Shown: positions 46,463 to 55,986 of the stretch, in pieces
Layout of the letters: every line of letters starts with the position of its first letter
How positions within the stretch are numbered: the stretch's first letter is position 1
From: Candidatus Yanofskybacteria bacterium CG10_big_fil_rev_8_21_14_0_10_36_16
GTDB taxonomy: Bacteria > Patescibacteriota > Minisyncoccia > 2-02-FULL-40-12 > IGHO2-01-FULL-4-A
Length of the DNA: 64,000 nt
Direction of reading: 5' to 3'
Assembly: GCA_002794035.1 (NCBI GenBank)
Contig: PCXQ01000006.1
Coordinates: forward strand, 24,533 to 88,532
Translations under genes and position numbers: made by a program
Notes under the pieces: generated by a model
Database searches by the model: none
What the model was told of the DNA's origin: nothing
Seen by the model: only the letters and a program-made list of their open reading frames with translations

Positions 46463-47755
46463 ATGAATCAAAATCACAATCATTATCATTACCACACTTA
46501 CTCCAACGGCTTACGATTAATAACCGTGCCAATGGAAAGCACCAAGACAGTTAACGTCTTGGTTTTGGTTGGAACTGGATCTCGCTATGAAACAAAGGAC
46601 ATTAACGGGATTTCACATTTTCTTGAACATATGATGTTCAAAGGTACAAAAAAAAGACCCGGGGCATTAGACATAAGCCAAGAGCTTGATTCAATTGGAG
46701 CTGAATATAACGCCTTCACATCAAAAGAGTACACGGGTTATTACATAAAAGCAGCTAGTTCAAAATTTGATCTAACGCTTGATGTAATATCAGACATATT
46801 CCAAAATTCAAAACTTGATGAAAAAGAAATAGACAAAGAAAGAGGAGTAATTATAGAAGAAATAAATATGTACTTTGACATGCCTCGCCGAGATGTCCAT
46901 GATGTTTTTGAAGGACTTCTTTATGGCGATCAGCCACTGGGCTGGAATATTGCAGGAGAAAAAGAAAACATAAACAACATACAAAGACATCAATTTGTAG
47001 ATTATTTTAATAGCCACTATTTTGCAGGCAATACTATTGTTGCTGTATCTGGCAACGTTACACCTGATGAAGTAAAAGAAAAGGTTGAAAAAAGTTTCAA
47101 TAACATAAGGGAACATGAAAAATTAACAGCCCTTCCAACTCATGAAAAACAAGACAAACCGGCACTTAAAACAAAGGAAAAGAAGACCGACCAAACAAAC
47201 TTTATATTGGGCTGTCGTGCTTACAACATGTTTGATGATCACAACTTGAACACAGCTGAGGTGCTATCTGTAATTTTGGGAGGTAACATGAGTTCACGCT
47301 TATTTACCGAGGTTAGAGAAAAAAGAGGGTTGGCATATTCAGTAGCAAGTTGGGCTGATGCATTTACAGATGTCGGCTATTTCGGCACTCAATCAGGAAC
47401 TGACAATAGTCGTTTTCTTGAAGCATTAAAGGTTGTGTTAGATGAGTATAAAAAAATAGCAAACGAAAAAATACCCGAAAAAGAACTCAAAAAAGCTATT
47501 GAATACATAAAGGGCAAAACAGTTATAGGACTTGAGTCTTCGGATTCTATGGCTGTTTTTTATGCTGAACAAGAATTACTTAGAAAAGAAATCAAAACCC
47601 CAGAAGAAAAATTAAAAGAAATAGAAAAAGTTACGATTGATGATATACAAAAAATTGCTCAAGACATTTTTAAACCTGAAAAATTAAACCTCGCAGTAAT
47701 TGGGCCAGTTCAAGATAAGGAGGAGGAAATACAAAAAATACTCAATTCATGGTAA
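46463..47755 (+). CDS. M16-family (pitrilysin-like) zinc peptidase
   Basis: Inverted zinc motif HFLEHMMFKGT (HxxEH); ATG at 46463 preferred over the upstream TTG. Confidence 0.75.
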   Translation: MNQNHNHYHYHTYSNGLRLITVPMESTKTVNVLVLVGTGSRYETKDINGISHFLEHMMFKGTKKRPGALDISQELDSIGAEYNAFTSKEYTGYYIKAASSKFDLTLDVISDIFQNSKLDEKEIDKERGVIIEEINMYFDMPRRDVHDVFEGLLYGDQPLGWNIAGEKENINNIQRHQFVDYFNSHYFAGNTIVAVSGNVTPDEVKEKVEKSFNNIREHEKLTALPTHEKQDKPALKTKEKKTDQTNFILGCRAYNMFDDHNLNTAEVLSVILGGNMSSRLFTEVREKRGLAYSVASWADAFTDVGYFGTQSGTDNSRFLEALKVVLDEYKKIANEKIPEKELKKAIEYIKGKTVIGLESSDSMAVFYAEQELLRKEIKTPEEKLKEIEKVTIDDIQKIAQDIFKPEKLNLAVIGPVQDKEEEIQKILNSW

Positions 47756-47766
47756 TATTAACTTAG

Positions 47767-48849
47767 GTGAACAATAACCACTCATTAGAATTATCTACCT
47801 ATTCAATTTTTAAGGTTATCATAATAATCTTATTTTTTGCTTTCCTTTATTTTGTAAAAGACGTTATTTTAATATTACTTTTTTCAATTGTTATTGCTTC
47901 TGGGGTCAGCCCATTTGCTGATTGGCTTGAAAAAAAGAAGGTACCTCGTCTAGTGGGTGTATTATTGCTATACATTGCACTGTTTGGACTTTTTGCCTTT
48001 TTGATGTCCCTTGTTGTGCCAATAATTTCGGTTGAATTAAATCAATTAACTGAAACCCTGCCGCAACTTTTTGAAAAAATATCAGGCGCTCTTGAAAAAG
48101 CCCAGCAATCAAGCGCTGCTGGATATTTTGATTTTGTAAGCGAGATTCAAAATCTTCTTGATGCATTATCCCAATTTTTACATGTCTCATCTCAGTCAAC
48201 CATTAGTTTTTTGATTGGAATCTTTGGCGGTATATTTTCATTTCTAGCAATAATAGTAATTTCTTTTTATCTGTCGGTAACCAAAAACGGAATAATAAGC
48301 TTCATAGAATCAATACTTCCTGAAAAAAAAGAAGAGTATGTTATAGGCCTCATTAAAAGATCGGAAAAAAAAGTTGGAAGATGGCTTCAAGGACAACTCC
48401 TTTTGGCTCTTACAGTTGGCTTAACAGTATTTGTTGGTCTTTCTATTCTTGGAGTAAAATTTGCTTTATTGCTTGGTATAATAGCAATGATTCTTGAGTT
48501 AGTTCCTTTTGTTGGTCCTGTAATAGCTGCGGTTCCTGCTGTTGTTCTTGCTTTAACACAGGGTCCGGTATTTTCACTGTGGGTAGGATTGTTTTATATA
48601 GGAGTCCAACAAATTGAAAACAACATTTTAACACCGCTTATCCTTGGAAGAACCACGGGGCTAAACCCTGTTACAGTTATTCTTGCCCTGCTTATGGGAG
48701 GAAAATTAGCTGGTATACTAGGGTTTTTTTTAGCAATCCCAGTTACGGTTGTAATAGTTGAAATAATAGAAGATATGGCACAAAGAAGAGGAGAACACAA
48801 AGTAATACCGGAAGAAAAAGAAGGAATGCCAACAGCTGAAGCGTCTTGA
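47767..48849 (+). CDS. AI-2E family (UPF0118/PerM-like) transporter
   Basis: Eight predicted TM segments and an overall family-like pattern; 360 aa. Confidence 0.65.
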   Translation: MNNNHSLELSTYSIFKVIIIILFFAFLYFVKDVILILLFSIVIASGVSPFADWLEKKKVPRLVGVLLLYIALFGLFAFLMSLVVPIISVELNQLTETLPQLFEKISGALEKAQQSSAAGYFDFVSEIQNLLDALSQFLHVSSQSTISFLIGIFGGIFSFLAIIVISFYLSVTKNGIISFIESILPEKKEEYVIGLIKRSEKKVGRWLQGQLLLALTVGLTVFVGLSILGVKFALLLGIIAMILELVPFVGPVIAAVPAVVLALTQGPVFSLWVGLFYIGVQQIENNILTPLILGRTTGLNPVTVILALLMGGKLAGILGFFLAIPVTVVIVEIIEDMAQRRGEHKVIPEEKEGMPTAEAS

Positions 48850-48873
48850 TATTTAATAACTAATTGAAAACAA

Positions 48874-49533
48874 ATGAACTTGTACGTAGTCGCAACTCCC
48901 ATCGGAAATCTAAAAGACATGACATTTCGAGCCATTGAAACCCTGAAAGGGGTTGATTTAATACTGGCTGAAGACACAAGAGTTACCAGAAAACTCTTAG
49001 ATCACTATGGAATTAATACTCCGCTTGAAAGCTTCCACCAACATAGTGATTCTGAAAAAATTAATAACATTGTTGAACAGCTACAAAAAGGTAAAAATGT
49101 CGCCCTTGTTTCAGATGCCGGCACTCCTGGCATAAATGATCCCGGCGGAATCCTTGTAAACAAAATTATTGAATCAGGGCCTGAAATTAAAATCATTCCT
49201 ATCCCGGGGCCCAACGCTGCAATTACAGCTCTGAGTATTTCAGGAATTAACGCTGACAAATTTATTTTTCTTGGTTATCCTCCTCACAAAAAAGGCCGTC
49301 AAACATTCTTTAAAGAACTTTCTGAATCAAAGTGTCCATCAGTATTTTATGAATCTAGTCACAGAATTTTTAAAGCATTAACCCAATTATCTGAACTTGA
49401 AGGAACAAAAGAGAAACACATAATTGTCGCGCGTGAATTAACCAAAAAATTTGAAACAATTTACAGAGGTACAGCATCTGACATTTTAACCAAACTAGAA
49501 ACAAGAGGGGAGTTTGTGGTAATTGTAACTTAA
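48874..49533 (+). CDS. rsmI: 16S rRNA (cytidine1402-2'-O)-methyltransferase (tetrapyrrole-methylase fold)
   Basis: MNLYVVATPIGNLKDMTFRAIETLKGVDLILAEDTRVTRKLL. Confidence 0.8.
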   Translation: MNLYVVATPIGNLKDMTFRAIETLKGVDLILAEDTRVTRKLLDHYGINTPLESFHQHSDSEKINNIVEQLQKGKNVALVSDAGTPGINDPGGILVNKIIESGPEIKIIPIPGPNAAITALSISGINADKFIFLGYPPHKKGRQTFFKELSESKCPSVFYESSHRIFKALTQLSELEGTKEKHIIVARELTKKFETIYRGTASDILTKLETRGEFVVIVT

Positions 49534-49597
49534 TAAACTATATACCCCATAATTAAAAACCTTTATTTTTAGGGGTTTTTTTGGTATATTTTTAACA

Positions 49598-51088
49598 ATG
49601 CCAAACAAATTTTATATTACAACTGCTATAGATTATGTTAATTCAAAGCCTCATATTGGACATGCTTTGGAGAAGCTTCAAGCTGATGTTCTGGCTCGTT
49701 ATCATCGCTTAATCGGCGATGAAGTTTTCTTTTTGACCGGTACAGATGAGCATGGCGCAAAAATAGTAAAGGCAGCAGATAAAGCAGGTAAAACTCCGCG
49801 AGAATTCACAGATGAAATATCTGCCAGTTTTGTTGAACTTACAAAAAAATTAAACATTTCAAATGATGATTTTATCCGGACTACTGATCAAGAAAAACAT
49901 TGGCCCGGAGTTTATAAAATATGGAATGCTATCAAAGAAAACGAGGATTTATACAAAGACACTTATGAAGGTCTTTATTGCGTAGGACACGAAGCTTTTA
50001 TGAAAAAATCTGACCTAAAAGATGGCGAATGCCCCGATCACAAAACTAAACCCGAAAAAATAAAAGAGGAAAATTACTTTTTTAAACTATCAAAATACAA
50101 AAAAGACCTTGAGAAAGCATACCGAGATGGAGTTGTTAAAATATTTCCTGAAACAAGAAAAAATGAAGTACTTTCAATGCTTAAAGATTCAGAAGATATC
50201 AGTTTTTCAAGACCAAGCAAAGATTTAAAGTGGGGCATTCCCGTGCCAAACGACAAGGATCATACAATATATGTTTGGTCGGATGCCTTAACAAACTACC
50301 TTTCTGCTATAGGGTATGGAAGAAATGATGACTGGCTAAAATGGTGGCCAGCCAACACCCATGTAATAGGCAAGGATATTCTTCGTTTTCATGCTATCAT
50401 TTGGCCAGCAATGCTAATGTCAGCTGGCATTGATTTGCCAAAATCAATAGCTGTCCACGGTTTTATTACGGTAGAAGGAGAAAAAATGTCAAAAACAATC
50501 GGGAATGTTATAAGTCCCATAGATTTAATTGGAAAGCACGGCGTAGACCCAATCAGATATTTTCTTTTGCGGGAAATTCCCTCAACTCAAGACGGTGATT
50601 TTTCACAATCCAAACTTGAAGAAAGATATAATGGAGATCTTGCAAATAACTTGGGAAATCTTGTCAGCCGTACAGCTAAGTTAATAGAAACACGCCTGAG
50701 TGGAGAGTTGGATTTTAAAGATCATTTTGTTGATATTGACGCTCATAAAAAAGTGCAAGAAACATCTCAAAAATATGCAGTTGCACTCAATGATTTCAGA
50801 TTACATGACGCCCTGAGCGCTGTTTGGGAATTGCTTAGTTATGCCAATTCATATATCGATACTCGCAAACCTTGGGACAAAGATGCAGATGCCCAAAATA
50901 TTATGACAACTTTAACAACTGTTCTTGGCATCATATTGAATTCCGCATGGTTTTTAAAACCATTTATACCAGACACAGCAGATAAGATATTCAAGATGTT
51001 TGGAACAACAGAAGACCACACAAAATGGGTCGGCAATAAATTCGAAATTAATAAATTGGAACCTTTGTTTCCTAGAATAAAATCTTAA
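49598..51088 (+). CDS. metG: Methionine--tRNA ligase
   Basis: HIGH motif PHIGHAL; KMSKS motif KMSKTIGN. Confidence 0.9.
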   Translation: MPNKFYITTAIDYVNSKPHIGHALEKLQADVLARYHRLIGDEVFFLTGTDEHGAKIVKAADKAGKTPREFTDEISASFVELTKKLNISNDDFIRTTDQEKHWPGVYKIWNAIKENEDLYKDTYEGLYCVGHEAFMKKSDLKDGECPDHKTKPEKIKEENYFFKLSKYKKDLEKAYRDGVVKIFPETRKNEVLSMLKDSEDISFSRPSKDLKWGIPVPNDKDHTIYVWSDALTNYLSAIGYGRNDDWLKWWPANTHVIGKDILRFHAIIWPAMLMSAGIDLPKSIAVHGFITVEGEKMSKTIGNVISPIDLIGKHGVDPIRYFLLREIPSTQDGDFSQSKLEERYNGDLANNLGNLVSRTAKLIETRLSGELDFKDHFVDIDAHKKVQETSQKYAVALNDFRLHDALSAVWELLSYANSYIDTRKPWDKDADAQNIMTTLTTVLGIILNSAWFLKPFIPDTADKIFKMFGTTEDHTKWVGNKFEINKLEPLFPRIKS

Positions 51089-51099
51089 CTAAAAAATAT

Positions 51100-51846
51100 A
51101 TGATTATTGATTCACACTGCCATCCGCAGTTCCCACAATACAACAAAGATCGCGACGAGGTCATAAAACGTGCTTTAGATAATAAAGTAGAGATGATTTG
51201 TGTCGGTACTGATTTGGAAATGTCCAAAAAGGCTATTGAGCTTTCGGAAAAACACAAAGGAATATGGGCATCTGTAGGTGTTCACCCAACAGACGTAGAT
51301 GGAGGTATAAATGTTGAACCATTTGAAGAATTGTTGAGAAATAAAAAAGTTGTTGCACTTGGAGAAATAGGCCTAGATTATTACCATATTAAAGATGAAG
51401 CACTAAGAGAACACCAAAGGATAACTCTTATGCAATTCCTAGACATGAATGAAAAACATGGATTACCCCTAATAATACATTGCCGAGAAGCATATGAAGA
51501 CATGCTTAAAATTGTTGATTCTAGATTTAGGGGAGTAATACATTCTTGGACTGCCAACTGGGAAACAGCAAAGAAATTCGTTGATTTGGGTTTTTATATT
51601 GGCTTTAATGGTATCATCACCTTCACAGATCAATATAATGATACTGTTATAAATACCCCTCTTGAAAAAATCCTGATTGAAACCGATGCACCGTTTCTAG
51701 CACCAGTACCAAATAGAGGAAAAAGGAATGAGCCCTTGTGGGTTAAGCATGTAGCTGAAAAAATATCTGAACTTAAAAAGATAAGCATTGAAGAAGTCGG
51801 AAAACAAACAAAAGAAAATACAAAAAAATTGTTTAGAATAAAATGA
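51100..51846 (+). CDS. tatD: TatD-family metal-dependent hydrolase
   Basis: MIIDSHCHPQF...; GEIGLDYY; conserved His/Asp positions. Confidence 0.85.
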   Translation: MIIDSHCHPQFPQYNKDRDEVIKRALDNKVEMICVGTDLEMSKKAIELSEKHKGIWASVGVHPTDVDGGINVEPFEELLRNKKVVALGEIGLDYYHIKDEALREHQRITLMQFLDMNEKHGLPLIIHCREAYEDMLKIVDSRFRGVIHSWTANWETAKKFVDLGFYIGFNGIITFTDQYNDTVINTPLEKILIETDAPFLAPVPNRGKRNEPLWVKHVAEKISELKKISIEEVGKQTKENTKKLFRIK

Positions 51847-54767
51847 AATACAATCCTTCCAAAATAGAATCAAAATGGCAACGCAAATGGTCTAAAGACA
51901 AACTTTATATTGCGCGTGACACAAAAAAAGATAAAGAGAATTATTATCTTTTAACAGAATTCCCTTATCCTTCTGGCAACTTACACATAGGACACTGGTA
52001 TGCCTTTTCTGTGCCAGATATTTTTGGACGTTATGTGAGAATGAGAGGCAAAAACGTAATGTACCCCATAGGATTTGATTCATTTGGATTACCAGCCGAA
52101 AACGCCGCTATTAAAAGAGACCTTCAACCTGAAGATTGGACAAATCAAAATATTAAATACATGACTGGACAGCTTGAATCAATGGGGGCAAGTTTTGATT
52201 GGTCGCGTAAAGTAATAACATCTCACCCCGATTATTACAAATGGACTCAGTGGTTGTTTATACAATTTTATAAAAATGGGCTTGTGCGCAGAGATAACAC
52301 ATTAGTTAACTGGTGCCCAAGTTGTAAAACAGTTCTTGCAAATGAACAAGTTGTTGAGTCTAAGAAAAAAGAAGGAGTTGTAAATGTTTGTGAAAGATGT
52401 GGTACAGAAGTTCAACAAAGAGAAATGATCCAATGGATGCTTAAAACCACAAAATATGCAAAAGAATTAACAGACAGTCTAGAAAATGTTGACTGGCCAG
52501 AAGCTACGAAATTGGCTCAAAAAAATTGGATTGGCAAATCAGAAGGAACGGAAATAGAATTCAAAATAAAACACGCCTCAGTTGCTAAATCCAAGGAAAA
52601 CAAACAAATATTTAAGATAAAAGTCTTTACAACAAGACCAGATACTTTGTTTGGGGCAACTTATTTAGTATTGTCACCGGATCATAAATTAATCCAAAAC
52701 AACAATTTAGAGATACTAAACAAGGAAGAGGTTAATAAATATATTAAAAAATCAAAACAAAAAACAGAGCAACAAATAAAGGAAAGCAGAACCAAAACAG
52801 GAGTAGAACTAAAAGGAATCAAGGCGGTCAACCCGGCAAACAATGAAGAGATCCCGGTTTGGATTGCAGATTATGTAGTAAGTCACTACGGAACAGGAGC
52901 CATTATGGCAGTACCTGCCCACGATGAACGTGATTTTGAATTTGCAGTAAAACAAGGACTGCCCATAAGGGAAGTTGTTGTTCCTAATATAATCGATAAG
53001 CGTAATCCGCCAAAAGAGGGTAAAAAATCTAAAGAAAGAAAAAATGTACACGCCATAGTAAAGGACCCTAATACAGGACAATATTTGGCTTTGAAATGGA
53101 CAAAATTTGACTGGATAACATTCCCGATGGGCGGGATAGAGGAAGGCGAAGATGTTGTGACTGCAGCAAAACGAGAAGTAAAAGAAGAAACGGGTTTTTG
53201 CAATTTAAAATTAATTAAAGTTCTTGAAGGTCAAGCAAGGGCTGAGTATTTTGCTGCCCACAAAGACGAAAATAGAGTTTCATTTACTACAGCTGTTCTT
53301 TTCGAGTTAATTGACAACACACAATCTGACATTAGCAAAGAAGAAAAAGAAATGCATGAAGTTGTATGGATTGATAAAAACAAGTTAAACTATCAGGGCA
53401 TGACCCATGCAGAAATTGATCTTTGGGCACAAAAAATGCACTCTGAAAACCCGGCTTATACAAAGCATGGGATTTTAATAAACTCAGGAAAATTTAATGG
53501 CATGGATTCTGAAAAAGCCAAGTGGGAAATTACAAAATATGTAAAAGGCGAAAAGCAAACCAATTATAAACTACATGATTGGATAATTTCTCGTCAAAGA
53601 TATTGGGGAGTGCCAATACCAATGATTTATTGTCCAAACTGTGGATATAAGCCTGTAAAAGAAAAAGACCTACCCCTAAAACTGCCAAGATTGAATGATT
53701 TTAAACCAACAGATGATGGCAAATCACCCTTAGCCAAAGTTGCCAAATGGGTAAAAACAACATGCCCTCATTGTGGCAATGAAGCGGAAAGAGAAACAGA
53801 CACCATGGATACCTTTGTAGATTCTTCGTGGTATTTTTTGCGCTATTCTGATCCACAAAACAAAACAAAACCATTTGATGGTTCCAAACTTAAAAAATGG
53901 CTACCAGTTAATATGTACATTGGCGGAGCTGAACACAACACAATGCACCTATTGTATTCAAGGTTCTTTACCAAAGCAATGCACGAATTAAAATTAATTG
54001 ATTTTGATGAGCCTTTTGCCTCGAGACGAAACCATGGAATAATATTGGGGCCCGATAGCCAAAAAATGTCTAAATCAAGAGGAAATGTTATTGATCCCGA
54101 TGATTTAGTAAAACAGTTTGGAGCTGACACAGTAAGAATATATCTAGCCTTTATGGGGCCATATGACCAAGGAGGTCCTTGGAGCCCTGGGGCAATAAAT
54201 GGAGTTTATAGATTTTTAAACAGAGTATGGAACCTTTTCGAGACTAAACACAAAATCCAAAATATAAAATCCAAGACAAATTCCAAAACCCAAAGCAATA
54301 AAAAATTGGAACAATTACTGCATAAAACCATTAAAAAAGTAGGAGAAGATATCGAGGAAATGAGATTCAACACTGCTGTTAGTGAGTTAATGAAACTTCT
54401 TAATGAAATTGAGGCTTCAGAAAACCAATTAACAAATACGGATTATGAATTATTTGCCAAAATCATTGCTCCTTTTGCCCCTCATCTTGCAGATGAAATT
54501 TGGCATGAATTGTTAGGCAGAAAAAAATCTATCCATCTTGAAAAATGGCCAAAATATAATTCAAACCTTGTTAAAGAACATTCGGTTGAATTTATAATAC
54601 AGATCAATGGAAAACTTAGAGATACGGTAGAATTGCCCATAGATTCCCCAGAAGAAACAGTGAAACAATTTGCACTAAAAAGCGAAAATGTAAGGAAACA
54701 CATGGGAAACCAACAATACAAAAAAGCCATATTTGTGCCGAATAAACTAATAAATTTTGTATTGTAA
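51843..54767 (+). CDS. leuS: Leucine--tRNA ligase carrying an inserted NUDIX hydrolase domain (974 aa)
   Basis: HIGH: PYPSGNLHIGHW; KMSKS: KMSKSRGNVIDP; editing-domain motifs. Inserted block about nt 52990-53460 has a perfect Nudix box GGIEEGEDVVTAAKREVKEETGF. Confidence 0.9.
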   Translation: MKYNPSKIESKWQRKWSKDKLYIARDTKKDKENYYLLTEFPYPSGNLHIGHWYAFSVPDIFGRYVRMRGKNVMYPIGFDSFGLPAENAAIKRDLQPEDWTNQNIKYMTGQLESMGASFDWSRKVITSHPDYYKWTQWLFIQFYKNGLVRRDNTLVNWCPSCKTVLANEQVVESKKKEGVVNVCERCGTEVQQREMIQWMLKTTKYAKELTDSLENVDWPEATKLAQKNWIGKSEGTEIEFKIKHASVAKSKENKQIFKIKVFTTRPDTLFGATYLVLSPDHKLIQNNNLEILNKEEVNKYIKKSKQKTEQQIKESRTKTGVELKGIKAVNPANNEEIPVWIADYVVSHYGTGAIMAVPAHDERDFEFAVKQGLPIREVVVPNIIDKRNPPKEGKKSKERKNVHAIVKDPNTGQYLALKWTKFDWITFPMGGIEEGEDVVTAAKREVKEETGFCNLKLIKVLEGQARAEYFAAHKDENRVSFTTAVLFELIDNTQSDISKEEKEMHEVVWIDKNKLNYQGMTHAEIDLWAQKMHSENPAYTKHGILINSGKFNGMDSEKAKWEITKYVKGEKQTNYKLHDWIISRQRYWGVPIPMIYCPNCGYKPVKEKDLPLKLPRLNDFKPTDDGKSPLAKVAKWVKTTCPHCGNEAERETDTMDTFVDSSWYFLRYSDPQNKTKPFDGSKLKKWLPVNMYIGGAEHNTMHLLYSRFFTKAMHELKLIDFDEPFASRRNHGIILGPDSQKMSKSRGNVIDPDDLVKQFGADTVRIYLAFMGPYDQGGPWSPGAINGVYRFLNRVWNLFETKHKIQNIKSKTNSKTQSNKKLEQLLHKTIKKVGEDIEEMRFNTAVSELMKLLNEIEASENQLTNTDYELFAKIIAPFAPHLADEIWHELLGRKKSIHLEKWPKYNSNLVKEHSVEFIIQINGKLRDTVELPIDSPEETVKQFALKSENVRKHMGNQQYKKAIFVPNKLINFVL

Positions 54768-54938
54768 ATTGTGCCACCAATAAATGAAACCTTTTTCTCT
54801 AAAAAACGTCTTATTAAGAGCCTGCCTAAACCCTTTATTCTATTCTCTAACTAATTTTCTCACCAAAGGGGGTCTAGGCAGGCCTTCTTACAAAACTGCC
54901 CAGTTGTTTTATTAAGTACAAAGAATATAATTGTATTA

Positions 54939-55490
54939 ATGAAGGAAACTCTAAAAAATCTTGATAACTTTGAACAAATTGTGGTTCAATACCAGCGCGA
55001 TATAATAAATTTTCATTACCGTTTTACCGGTAATCGTTTTGAAGCTGAAGATTTAGCTCAAGAAACATTTATTAAAGCGTACAAGAAATTGCACACACTT
55101 AAGGAACATGACAAGTTCAAAAGCTGGCTTTTTCATATTGCCCGAAATACAGCCGTTGATTTCTTCCGTAAAAACAAAAACAGGGCTATACCTGTTGATC
55201 ACGAGATATTAGCCAGCTTAGCGAGTATGTCTGATTCACCGAATTATGAAAAGCTTGTCGAACAAAACAACATAAGCAAGCAAATAAAGAATTGCGTTAA
55301 TTTATTAAAAGAAGAAGAAAAATTACTAATAAAACTTCTTTATTACCATGATTTCTCATACGCCCAAATATCTAAAATGCTTAACATCAACCAAAACACT
55401 CTTAAAAGCCGTTTGCGCCGAGCAAGAATGTCTTTGTTTGATATTATAAAAAGCAAAGGTTTGATGGAGGAGCTAGCTCTATCAATATAA
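54939..55490 (+). CDS. ECF-type sigma-70 family RNA polymerase sigma factor
   Basis: Region 2 (EDLAQETFIKAYKKL...WLFHIARNTAVDFFRK) and region 4 (FSYAQISKMLNINQNTLKSRLRRAR). Confidence 0.75.
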   Translation: MKETLKNLDNFEQIVVQYQRDIINFHYRFTGNRFEAEDLAQETFIKAYKKLHTLKEHDKFKSWLFHIARNTAVDFFRKNKNRAIPVDHEILASLASMSDSPNYEKLVEQNNISKQIKNCVNLLKEEEKLLIKLLYYHDFSYAQISKMLNINQNTLKSRLRRARMSLFDIIKSKGLMEELALSI

Positions 55491-55494
55491 TGTT

Positions 55495-55893
55495 ATGGCA
55501 ATTCACTTAGAAGACAACAAAATGGATGAAATTATAAAAACACACATCGGTAATAAAAAAGCCTTTGGCTTTTATGATATAGATCCGTCATCAGATTTTA
55601 CCAAAAATGTTATGATAAAATTACACAATTTTAAAAAAATGCAAAATTGGATGTCTAAACTAGCCGTAATTGCTGTTAGCTTATCCCCATTTTCTATAAG
55701 AATAATTTGGGACTATGTCAGAGGAGATTATTTTTCCGTATCTTCAATGCCTCTTGGTAATTATCTGTACCAGGCCTACCACGTGCTAATGACAAGCATG
55801 GCCGCCTACTCAATGTTTGCACTAGGTATTGTCGCAGCATTCTTATTCCTTAATAAAAACAAGATTACTCAAAATATTTTCACCAAAGGATAA
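55495..55893 (+). CDS. Putative anti-sigma factor / membrane protein (by position)
   Basis: Immediately downstream of the ECF sigma; two TM segments; no motif evidence. Confidence 0.35.
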   Translation: MAIHLEDNKMDEIIKTHIGNKKAFGFYDIDPSSDFTKNVMIKLHNFKKMQNWMSKLAVIAVSLSPFSIRIIWDYVRGDYFSVSSMPLGNYLYQAYHVLMTSMAAYSMFALGIVAAFLFLNKNKITQNIFTKG

Positions 55894-55986
55894 ACAAATA
55901 GTAGACCACCGAACAGCTAGAGACAAGCTGTTTTTTATTTACAAAAGTGATAGCATGTTAACGTATTAAAATAAGTTTTAATCAAT

